Below, piece after piece: positions 30,813 through 39,561 of a DNA stretch of 64,000 nt (positions are counted from its first letter, which is position 1; the number at the start of each line of letters is the position of its first letter). The notes under the pieces were generated by a model, which was given only the letters and a program-made list of their open reading frames with translations, ran no database searches and was not told where the DNA came from. The DNA comes from Gemmatimonadaceae bacterium (GTDB taxonomy: Bacteria > Gemmatimonadota > Gemmatimonadetes > Gemmatimonadales > Gemmatimonadaceae), in contig JBGAJQ010000006.1 in NCBI GenBank assembly GCA_044224875.1, forward strand, positions 1 to 64,000, given 5' to 3'. Made by a program: the position numbers and the translations under genes.

Positions 30813-33248
30813 ATGAACCCCTTGAAGGCGCTGGCGCGCCTGCGGGGTCGTAGCCGCGCCGAGTTGACGGAGCGCGCGGCACAGTTCCTCGCCTCCCGCG
30901 CCGAACGACTCGGATGGCGCGACACGCGCGAGCCGACGGTAGCCGAACTCAATCGGCGACTCCGCCAGCCTCAACATGGCGGGTACGCCTCACTCGACGA
31001 GTGGCACGCACACTTCCAGCGCGGCGAGTCGGCCCCCTTCTTCCCCGGGCTCGCCGATCGTGACTCCACCGTGGCCGCGCTACGGGAAAGCGTTCCTGAT
31101 GCCGAGGGCGCGTTGCTGGCCCGAGCCGAGCGCATGCTGCACGGGGAATTCGACCTCCTGGGGTATCGCGGCGTGCACTACCCTCTGCCCATCGACTGGC
31201 ACCTGGATCCCGTGCGCGGGCGTCGCGCGCCGGATGGCCATTGGAGCGTCATACGATTCCTCGACGACGAGGTCTGTGGCGACCACAAGGCGATCTGGGA
31301 AATCAACCGACATCAGGTGCTGGTCACGTTAGGTCAAGCGTATTGGTATTCCGGTGACGAACGCTTTGCCACGCGGGCCGCCCAGTGGCTGCACGAGTGG
31401 ATGGATGCCAATCCCCCGAAACATGGCATCAATTGGGCCTCCAGCCTGGAGGTCGCGTTCCGAGCCAATTCCTGGCTGTGGACGCTGCAGCTCTTGCGAC
31501 GGTCGCCAAGCCTCGATACCGCGTTGTTCGCGCGCGTGGTCGGGCACCTTACCCTCTCCGCGCGCCACCTCGAACGCTTCCTTTCCACCTACTTCAGCCC
31601 CAACACGCACCTCACGGGTGAGGCGCTGGGTCTCTACGAGCTGGGGTTGCAGCTGTCACCCCTCGCCGATGCCGAGCGATGGCGCGCTCGCGGGATGCAG
31701 ATCCTGCTGGAGGAGCTCCCCCGGCATGTCCATCCGGACGGCGTGTACTTCGAGCAAGCCACGTACTACCAGCGATACACGGCCGAGTTTTACCTGCACG
31801 TGTTCATCCTGTCCGACGAGACGGACGGCGTCCGCGACCGGATTCGCGCGCCACTTCTCAAGCTGCTGGAGGCGTTGCAGAGCACCACGCGCCCAGATGG
31901 CACCATCCCCCTGATCGGCGACGACGATGGGGGGCGACTCATGTTCTTCGATGCCGCTGGGGGCCACGATGTCCGTGGCTTGCTCGGGGCCGCGGCGGTG
32001 ATGCTCAATCGCCCCGACTTCGCCTTTGCGGCCAACGGGATCCGGCCGGAACTGATCTGGTTGTTAGGCGCCGGAGGCGCGACCCAATGGCGTGCCCTCA
32101 CTCCCGTACCACCCGCGCTCGGTTCCCGGGCATTCATGCATGGTGGGCTACTCGTGATGCGAGACGGGTGGTCGCCCGATGCCAGCAGTATGGTTATCGA
32201 CGCGGGACCGCACGGGGTGTTCAACTGCGGGCACGCGCATGCCGACGCGCTCGCCTTTGACCTGACGGTCGGCGGCCGCGCAACGTTCGTCGACCCGGGC
32301 ACCTTCACCTACACCGCGCCACCCGCGGATCGCGACCTGTTTCGATCGACCGCCGTACACAACGCGCTGACGGTGAACGACACGTCGTCGTCGCTCATGC
32401 AGGGCCCATTCTCCTGGACGACGATCGCCAATGCGAGCATCGAACGCTGGCACTCGGCGCCAATGCTTGACTTCTTCGAAGGCTCACACGACGGATACGA
32501 GCGTCCCAGTGTCCACGCCGAGGTGGTGCGCTCCATCGTGTTCGTCAAGGACGGCTACTGGGTGGTGCGCGACCGTGTCGTCTCCGGCCGCCGGTTCTCG
32601 GCCTTCGCCACCCTCCAGTGCGCCATCGGCTTCGACGCACGCGTGGTGTCGCCCAGCCAAGTCACGGTGACGGACGGCGCACACCCGCTGGTTGTGGTAC
32701 ACGGGGTGGGCGAAGGCACCTCGATGTCCATCGATGAAGGGTGGGTGTCGCCGGGTTACGGAGCGCGCGAGCATGCACCGCGCATCCGCGTGCATGTGCA
32801 GGGCGCGGGGGCTGTGGCGTTCGAGACAGTAATCGCCAAGGCATCCCTCGCCGCCACGGTAGCCCGCCGTCGCGGAACTGCGAGTGACATCATTGAGGTC
32901 CGAACCGGCCCCTTCCGTGACGCCCTGGTTTTTTGCGACGGTGGTGAGCATCCCGAGTGCGAAGGCGTCTCCACCGACGCCGATGTCTTCTGGATCCGTC
33001 GGGACGCCGAGTCGGGGGCCCCAGTCGCGTGCTTTGCAACGGGCGCCACGCGCCTTACCGTGGATGGAACAGTGGTCGACTCCCTGGCGATGCCGGGCGC
33101 GATGGCTGCCATCCTCACACCGGCCGGATGGCAGCGCCGCCTCGTCGGAGCCAGCTCGCGTACGACTGCGCCCGGAAGGTCGTTAGGCGACGATGGCGAT
33201 GACGCCATGCCATTCGGCGCCGGTGGTTTCCTCAATTCGACAGCTTGA
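30813..33248 (+). CDS. Heparinase II/III-family protein
   Basis: DHKAIWEINRH, GINWASSLEVAFR, NTHL, DGVYFEQ..YQ, IGDDDGG, GHAHAD, DPGTFTY, RSTAVHN. Confidence 0.88.
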   Translation: MNPLKALARLRGRSRAELTERAAQFLASRAERLGWRDTREPTVAELNRRLRQPQHGGYASLDEWHAHFQRGESAPFFPGLADRDSTVAALRESVPDAEGALLARAERMLHGEFDLLGYRGVHYPLPIDWHLDPVRGRRAPDGHWSVIRFLDDEVCGDHKAIWEINRHQVLVTLGQAYWYSGDERFATRAAQWLHEWMDANPPKHGINWASSLEVAFRANSWLWTLQLLRRSPSLDTALFARVVGHLTLSARHLERFLSTYFSPNTHLTGEALGLYELGLQLSPLADAERWRARGMQILLEELPRHVHPDGVYFEQATYYQRYTAEFYLHVFILSDETDGVRDRIRAPLLKLLEALQSTTRPDGTIPLIGDDDGGRLMFFDAAGGHDVRGLLGAAAVMLNRPDFAFAANGIRPELIWLLGAGGATQWRALTPVPPALGSRAFMHGGLLVMRDGWSPDASSMVIDAGPHGVFNCGHAHADALAFDLTVGGRATFVDPGTFTYTAPPADRDLFRSTAVHNALTVNDTSSSLMQGPFSWTTIANASIERWHSAPMLDFFEGSHDGYERPSVHAEVVRSIVFVKDGYWVVRDRVVSGRRFSAFATLQCAIGFDARVVSPSQVTVTDGAHPLVVVHGVGEGTSMSIDEGWVSPGYGAREHAPRIRVHVQGAGAVAFETVIAKASLAATVARRRGTASDIIEVRTGPFRDALVFCDGGEHPECEGVSTDADVFWIRRDAESGAPVACFATGATRLTVDGTVVDSLAMPGAMAAILTPAGWQRRLVGASSRTTAPGRSLGDDGDDAMPFGAGGFLNSTA

Positions 33249-33251
33249 GCT

Positions 33252-35186
33252 ATGTGCGGGATCTGCGGAATCGCGCTCTCTTCGCGTTCGACGCGTTCGG
33301 TCGATCGCGACCAGCTGGTGCGCATGCGAGATGCCATGACGCACCGTGGCCCCGATGGCGAGGGGCTCTACTTCAGTGACCGCGATCGCGTGGGTCTGGG
33401 GCACCGCCGCCTGTCGATCGTGGACGTCGCACACGGCGCACAACCGATGTCGTCCGACGATGGTGGCCTCCAGCTCGTATACACCGGCGAGGTCTACAAC
33501 CACCCGCTGCTCCACGACGAGCTGGTGGCCAAGGGGGTGCAGTACCACACACGCTGCGACACCGAGACGATCCTGCGCCTGTATGAGCGCGAAGGCGCGC
33601 GAACGCCCGAACTGCTGCGCGGCATGTTCGCGTTCGCCGTGTGGGACACGCGCGCCCGCGAGCTGTTCATCGCACGAGATCGATTTGGCGTGAAGCCCGT
33701 GTACTACGCGCACACGGAAGATGGGTCGCTGTACTTCGCGTCGGAAATCAAGGGGATTTTCGCGACCGGGCAGGTACGACCGACGGTGAACACCGGCGCC
33801 ATTCCCGACTACCTGGCGAACCATGCGCCGTCGGGAAACGAAACCCTCTTTGCCGGCGTGCGTCGGTTGCCACCCGGCCACACGCTGCGCTGGCGCGATG
33901 GCACGGTCGAGATCCGGCCATACTGGGATCTTTCATTTGCGGCGCCGATCGACTCCCGCGACGATCGCGAACTCGTCGCCGAGTATCGGGACCGGTTCGT
34001 GGATGCCGTGCGTATGCGCCTGATGTCCGACGTGCCCCTGGGCATGTTCCTGTCGGGCGGGATCGACTCGGCGTCGATCACCGCGGCGATGAGCCGGCTC
34101 GTCGACGAGCCGATCAAGACGTTTTCCGTCGCGTTCGCCGAACGCGAGGCGAATGAGCTGTATTACGCTCGACAGATCGCGGAGCGGTACAAGACCGATC
34201 ATCATGAGATCGTCGTCTCACCTGAGCAATTCTGGGAATCGGTTCCTGCGCTGGTGTGGCACGAGGACGAGCCAATGGCGCACCCCTCGAGCGTCGCGTT
34301 GAACTTCGTGTCGCGGCTGGCAGCCGAACGCGTGAAGGTGGTGCTGACGGGTGAAGGGAGCGACGAGACGCTCGCCGGCTACAACCGCTACCGCGTGACG
34401 ATCTACAACACGAGCATCGGCCGCCAATACGAACGCCTGGCGCCGCGGTTCGTACGTGACGCGGTGCGTCAGGGCGTGGCCACGCTCCCCACTCGTTCGC
34501 GCCTTCGGCAGCGTCTGTCCCGCACCTTCCTCGTGCTGCCGAGCGACCTTCCCTCGCTGTACTTCGACAACTTCGCGGTCTTCTCACGCGCTCGGCAGTC
34601 GCAACTACTTGCCCCCGGCTTCGCCGAGCAGGTGCGCGGGATCGATCCGTACGCCGCGGCGCGCGATGCCCTCGCGCACACGGACGCGCGAACGCTACTG
34701 GATCAGCTCCTGTACGCGGACACCAAGACCTATCTCCACGAGCTGCTGATGAAGCAAGACCAGATGAGCATGGCGGCCTCGATCGAGAGCCGGGTGCCGT
34801 TCCTGGATCATCCGCTGGTGGAGTTCGCGTCACGGCTGCCTCAGCAGCTCAAACTACGAGGGGTTACCACGAAGTACGTGCTGCGCGAGGCCATGCGCGA
34901 CTGGCTGCCGCCTGAGATTGTCTCGCGAAAGAAGATGGGGTTTCCCGTGCCTGTCGGTGCCTGGCTTCGTGGCGCCTTTCAACCGTTGCTTTCGACGTTT
35001 GTTACCAGCGATCGTGCCTTGGGACGTGGCTACTTCCAGCCCGAGGAGATCCGCCGGCTTGTGGCGAGCCACGTAAGTGGCGAACAGAATCACGCCGAGC
35101 GTCTCTGGTCATTGATCAATTTCGAGGTGTGGCATCGTGTGTTTATCGACGGCGAGGCGCCGGGCGATGTAGCAATGCGCGCCTAA
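33252..35186 (+). CDS. asnB: AsnB-like amidotransferase (asparagine synthase family, glycan-associated)
   Basis: MCGI, HRGPD, HRRLSIVD, RDRFGVKP, LSGGIDS, LTGEGSDE, RVPFLD, KKMGF; conserved NGE reads TGE. Confidence 0.92.
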   Translation: MCGICGIALSSRSTRSVDRDQLVRMRDAMTHRGPDGEGLYFSDRDRVGLGHRRLSIVDVAHGAQPMSSDDGGLQLVYTGEVYNHPLLHDELVAKGVQYHTRCDTETILRLYEREGARTPELLRGMFAFAVWDTRARELFIARDRFGVKPVYYAHTEDGSLYFASEIKGIFATGQVRPTVNTGAIPDYLANHAPSGNETLFAGVRRLPPGHTLRWRDGTVEIRPYWDLSFAAPIDSRDDRELVAEYRDRFVDAVRMRLMSDVPLGMFLSGGIDSASITAAMSRLVDEPIKTFSVAFAEREANELYYARQIAERYKTDHHEIVVSPEQFWESVPALVWHEDEPMAHPSSVALNFVSRLAAERVKVVLTGEGSDETLAGYNRYRVTIYNTSIGRQYERLAPRFVRDAVRQGVATLPTRSRLRQRLSRTFLVLPSDLPSLYFDNFAVFSRARQSQLLAPGFAEQVRGIDPYAAARDALAHTDARTLLDQLLYADTKTYLHELLMKQDQMSMAASIESRVPFLDHPLVEFASRLPQQLKLRGVTTKYVLREAMRDWLPPEIVSRKKMGFPVPVGAWLRGAFQPLLSTFVTSDRALGRGYFQPEEIRRLVASHVSGEQNHAERLWSLINFEVWHRVFIDGEAPGDVAMRA

Positions 35187-35196
35187 CGACCATCGC

Positions 35197-36441
35197 ATGC
35201 ACATCCTCTGGCTCAAGACGGAATTGCTGCACCCGGTAGACAAGGGTGGACGCATCCGAACGTATCAGACCCTCAAGGCGCTGAAGGCAAGACACAAGGT
35301 CACCTACCTCACGCTCGATGACGGTTCGGCGGCGCCGAACGCGGCGGCCCTGGCGCAGGAGTATTGCCACGACCTTGTGACGGTTCCTTTTCAGCAGCCT
35401 CGTAAGGGAAGTCCGGCGTTCTTTTTGGACCTCGCCACGAATCTGCTGTCTCCCCTGCCGTACGCAGTGGCCAAGTACCGTTCCCGCGCCATGCGCGACG
35501 CGATCGTCAGCGTGGTCCGTGAGCGCCAGGTCGATCTGGTGGTGTGCGACTTCCTGTTCCCCAGCCCGAACGTGCCGGATGGGTTGGGGGTGCCCATCGT
35601 ACTCTTCCAACACAACGTGGAAGCAGCGATCTGGGAGCGTCACGCCAAGGTTGCCGGCAACAGCGTGAAGCGCGCGTATATGACACTTCAATGGCGTCGC
35701 ATGCTGGCATACGAGCGACAGGAGTGCCTGCGTTACGACCACGTCATCGCGGTCTCGGACGCCGATGCCGAAACGATGCGCACATGGTACTCGGCCACGC
35801 GCGTCAGTGCGGTCCCGACCGGGGTGGACACGGAGTTCTTCACGCCGTCCGGCCGCGAAGCCATCGTGCCGACAGAGCTGGCCTTCACCGGTTCCATGGA
35901 CTGGATGCCTAACGAAGACGGGGTTGAGTGGTTCGTCGCCGATGTGCTGCCCCGCATTCGCGAGCACCTTCCGCACACGACGCTTTCCATCGTTGGTCGC
36001 CACCCGACGCCGCGCGTGAAGGCCCTCGGCGAGCGATCCAGCGGTGTCGTGGTAACGGGCTCGGTGCCAGACGTCAGGCCATTTCTCGAGCGAGCCGCCG
36101 TCTTCATTGTCCCATTGCGCGTGGGCGGTGGCACACGCCTCAAGATCTATGAAGCGATGGCCATGGAACGCGCGGTCGTTTCCACGACCATCGGCGCCGA
36201 GGGGCTGCCACTCCGGGACGGGGAGGAGATCGTCATTGCGGACGACGCGGACGCCTTCGCTCGTGCCGTGGTGCAGCTGTTACAGGACCAGTCGCGGGCC
36301 AGACACATCGGCGCCGCGGCTGCCGGCCGCGTGCGTCGAGAATTCAGCTGGGACACCGCTGGTGAGGCCTTCGCCCAGATCTGCGCGCACGTGGTGTCGC
36401 CTGCTCGGAGTGGCGCGGCGGAACCTCGTATCGGCGCATGA
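35197..36441 (+). CDS. GT4-family glycosyltransferase
   Basis: HPVDKGGRIR, QHNVE, PTGVD, FTGSMDWMPN, GGGTRLKIYEAMA, GAEG. Confidence 0.9.
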   Translation: MHILWLKTELLHPVDKGGRIRTYQTLKALKARHKVTYLTLDDGSAAPNAAALAQEYCHDLVTVPFQQPRKGSPAFFLDLATNLLSPLPYAVAKYRSRAMRDAIVSVVRERQVDLVVCDFLFPSPNVPDGLGVPIVLFQHNVEAAIWERHAKVAGNSVKRAYMTLQWRRMLAYERQECLRYDHVIAVSDADAETMRTWYSATRVSAVPTGVDTEFFTPSGREAIVPTELAFTGSMDWMPNEDGVEWFVADVLPRIREHLPHTTLSIVGRHPTPRVKALGERSSGVVVTGSVPDVRPFLERAAVFIVPLRVGGGTRLKIYEAMAMERAVVSTTIGAEGLPLRDGEEIVIADDADAFARAVVQLLQDQSRARHIGAAAAGRVRREFSWDTAGEAFAQICAHVVSPARSGAAEPRIGA

Positions 36442-37262
36442 TGGCCCAGCGACCGGCAACCGTTCTTATCGCGCACCACGATGCGCCGCTTCATACGGAT
36501 GGACTGGCTCGATGGATGTCCTCGTGGTCCGACCTTCGTGGCATTGTCGTCATCGAGGAGCCCGGAGGCCTGTTCTTTCGTCGCGTTCGGCGCGAGCTGT
36601 CGCGCGTGGGCCTGTGGCGGCTGCTCGATGTACTTGCCTTTCGGCTCTGGTATAGGTGGCGGTGGGCCCGGCAGGATGACGCCTGGCGCACGCAACGCTT
36701 GTCAGCGCTGCAAGAGACTTATCCGGCCGTCCCCGCCAGCGTGCCCATACTCCGCGTGACCACGCCTAACGCCGCCACGTCACAAGCGTTCATTGCCAAC
36801 GCGGCGCCCACGTTGACCCTGGCCCTGTGCAAGAACATTCTGGCCGAGCGTATCTTCTCCATCCCGACGAAGGGAACGTTCGTGTTGCACCCCGGCATCT
36901 GCCCCGAGTACCGGAACGCCCACGGTTGCTTCTGGGCGCTAGCCCAAGGGGACGTGGAGCGGGTCGGCATGACGCTCCTGCGGATTGACCGAGGCATCGA
37001 CACGGGTCCTGTCTATGGGTTCTTTCGCGCGCCCTACGATGAGCAGCATGAGTCGCATATCGTCATCCAGCATCGCATGACGTTGGATAACCTGAACCAG
37101 ATCGCCGCAAGATTCCTGGAGATCGTGGCTGGGCGCGCCGACGTCATCCCCACCGCCGGGCACGAATCGCACGTCTGGGGCCAGCCCTGGCTCAGTGCCT
37201 ACCTCCGCTGGCGGCGCGGAGCCAAACATCGAGGTGACATCCGTGCAGATCATCGCGCTTGA
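36438..37262 (+). CDS. Formyltransferase-family protein (putative sugar N-formyltransferase)
   Basis: LHPGICPEYR and GMTLLRIDRGIDTG resemble the HPxxLP.YRG and DxGxDTG motifs. Confidence 0.7.
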   Translation: MMAQRPATVLIAHHDAPLHTDGLARWMSSWSDLRGIVVIEEPGGLFFRRVRRELSRVGLWRLLDVLAFRLWYRWRWARQDDAWRTQRLSALQETYPAVPASVPILRVTTPNAATSQAFIANAAPTLTLALCKNILAERIFSIPTKGTFVLHPGICPEYRNAHGCFWALAQGDVERVGMTLLRIDRGIDTGPVYGFFRAPYDEQHESHIVIQHRMTLDNLNQIAARFLEIVAGRADVIPTAGHESHVWGQPWLSAYLRWRRGAKHRGDIRADHRA

Positions 37263-38058
37263 ATACCACGATGTCGTGAATGCCGGTCTATTCGACGACA
37301 GTGGTTTCCCGGGGCGGGCCGCGCGCACGTACAAGATGTCTGCGAGTATGTTCGAGCAGCATTGCGCTGCGGTCGCCGAGTCGGGTGTTTCCGTCGTCTC
37401 CGACATTCGCGCGACGAACCCGTCGCTGCTGCGGATTGCGCTGTTCACCTTTGATGACGGTGGATCCAGCGCGCTGGACCCAACGGCCGCCATCCTGGAA
37501 CGGTTTGGCTGGCGAGGCCACTTCTTCGTCACCACCGGCGCCATGGGGACGAAGGGCTTCCTCAGCCCCGCTCAGGCACGCGAACTGGCGGATCGCGGCC
37601 ATGTGGTGGGAAGTCACTCACACACCCATCCCGTCCGTATGTCGCACCTGACGGCTGAGGAATTGCGACAGGAATGGTCCGACAGTATCAGCCGACTGGA
37701 GGACGCGTTAGGCCGATCGGTGACCGTCGCTTCGGTCCCCGGTGGCTATTTCGGTCCTCACGTGGCCCACGCCGCTGCCGAGCGGGGCATCCAGTGGCTC
37801 TTCACATCGGAACCAGAGAGCCACATGACGTCCATCGGGTCCTGTCGCGTAATGGGTCGCTATACCTTACGCATCGACTCGCCACCGTCGCTCGCGCGGG
37901 CGCTCGTCGCTCCCGGTGGCACCGCCCGACTGAAGCAATCCGTGCTGTGGAAGGCCAAGAAAGCCGCCAAGCGACTCGGCGGCGATGCGTACCTGCGCCT
38001 TCGGGCGTCTCTACTGGGCGATACGCAGGACGCCCAGGCCGATGCCCTCGCCCCCTGA
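37243..38058 (+). CDS. Polysaccharide deacetylase (CE4)
   Basis: LEYHDV, FTFDDG, HFFVTT, GSHSHTH, SVPGG. Confidence 0.88.
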   Translation: MQIIALEYHDVVNAGLFDDSGFPGRAARTYKMSASMFEQHCAAVAESGVSVVSDIRATNPSLLRIALFTFDDGGSSALDPTAAILERFGWRGHFFVTTGAMGTKGFLSPAQARELADRGHVVGSHSHTHPVRMSHLTAEELRQEWSDSISRLEDALGRSVTVASVPGGYFGPHVAHAAAERGIQWLFTSEPESHMTSIGSCRVMGRYTLRIDSPPSLARALVAPGGTARLKQSVLWKAKKAAKRLGGDAYLRLRASLLGDTQDAQADALAP

Positions 38059-38096
38059 CCACCTCGTCATCGCACCTCAATACCTAACGAACTAAT

Positions 38097-39419
38097 ATGC
38101 CGCAACAGATCAGTGTTTTTGGGCTGGGTTACGTCGGATGTGTCTCGGCGGCCTGCTTCGCCAAGGAAGGCCATACCGTCGTCGGCGTCGACGTCAGCCA
38201 GGCAAAGGTCGACATGATCAATGCCGGCCTTGCCACCATCGTGGAACAGGGCATCGCGGAACTGGTGAAGGAGGTTCACTCAGCTGGCCGGCTACGCGCC
38301 ACCACGAGCGTGGAAGAAGCGGTGCGTGCGACGTCCATCTCGCTCATCTGCGTCGGCACGCCAAGTCGCCCGAACGGAGCGCTGGACCTCAGCTATGTGG
38401 AGCGGGTGTGCGCGCAGATCGGTGAGGTGCTCCGCGTGAAGAAGGAGCGCCACACGGTCGTGATTCGCAGCACCGTGTTGCCCGGGTCGACGCAAGAGGT
38501 TGCAGCTGCGGCACTCGAGCGAACCTCCGGCCTCAAGCAGAACGCCGGTTTTGGAATCGCGATGAACCCCGAGTTCCTGCGCGAAGGCACGTCGATCAAG
38601 GACTTCTACGATCCGCCGTTCACCGTGATTGGGACGGAGGATCCCGCGACGGCGGAAGCGATCGCGAGCTTGTATGCGGGCCTAACGGTCCCAGTCCATA
38701 CCGTGGCCACGCGGGTGGCCGAGATGCTGAAATACGCGTGCAATTCCTTCCATGGGCTCAAGGTCGGTTTTGCCAACGAGATCGGGAACGTGTGCAAGGC
38801 CCTCGGCGTGGACAGCCATGAGGTGATGCGGATCTTCTGCGAAGACACCAAGCTCAACATCTCTCCCTACTACTTGAAGCCCGGGTTTGCGTTTGGCGGA
38901 TCGTGCCTGCCCAAGGACCTTCGCGGTGTGACCTATCGCGCGAAACAACTGGACATCGATACTCCAATCCTTCGGGCCACGCTCGCGGGGAACGAGCAGC
39001 AGATCACCCGCGCCTACGACATGGTGATGGCAACCGGCCACAAGCGAGTCGGCGTGCTGGGCTTGGCGTTCAAGGCTGGCACCGACGACATGCGCGAGTC
39101 CCCGATGGTCACCCTCATCGAGCGGCTGCTGGGGAAGGGCATCCAAGTCACCATCTACGATCGCGAAGTCACGAGTGCGCGCCTGATCGGCGCGAACAAG
39201 GAGTATGTGGAGCGAGAGATTCCGCACATCTGGTCGTTGATGCGCGCCGAGATCAAGGATGTGCTGGCGGCTAGCGACACGGTGATCATCGGCAACGGAT
39301 CGAAGGAGTTCCGCACGATTGAGCCGGTGCTTCGAGAAGGTCAGATCGTGATTGACCTGGTGCGCGCATTCGGCGCTCGACGTAGCGATGGCACCTCGTA
39401 TGAGGGCATCTGCTGGTAG
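38097..39419 (+). CDS. Nucleotide-sugar 6-dehydrogenase, GDP-mannose dehydrogenase (AlgD)-like
   Basis: FGLGYVGCV, CVGTPS, RSTVLPG, NPEFLREG, PGFAFGGSCLPKD, FKAGTDDMRESP, C-terminal YEGICW. Confidence 0.9.
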   Translation: MPQQISVFGLGYVGCVSAACFAKEGHTVVGVDVSQAKVDMINAGLATIVEQGIAELVKEVHSAGRLRATTSVEEAVRATSISLICVGTPSRPNGALDLSYVERVCAQIGEVLRVKKERHTVVIRSTVLPGSTQEVAAAALERTSGLKQNAGFGIAMNPEFLREGTSIKDFYDPPFTVIGTEDPATAEAIASLYAGLTVPVHTVATRVAEMLKYACNSFHGLKVGFANEIGNVCKALGVDSHEVMRIFCEDTKLNISPYYLKPGFAFGGSCLPKDLRGVTYRAKQLDIDTPILRATLAGNEQQITRAYDMVMATGHKRVGVLGLAFKAGTDDMRESPMVTLIERLLGKGIQVTIYDREVTSARLIGANKEYVEREIPHIWSLMRAEIKDVLAASDTVIIGNGSKEFRTIEPVLREGQIVIDLVRAFGARRSDGTSYEGICW

Positions 39420-39561
39420 AGATGTGATACACAGCACAACACTACGGCCCTGACCGCCACACCAAGGACCGCTGAAAGATTCTTGTTGTCGCTGACGCGA
39501 CTGACGGCTACGTTAGCGCCGGTTTGCAGTTCGTCATGTTGAGTGCCAGGGGGTAGTCGTC

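Noticed and set aside
39420..39561. Possible third c-di-GMP riboswitch before paralog 1
   Set aside because: No GGCAAA...GAAA...GACGCAAAGC core found
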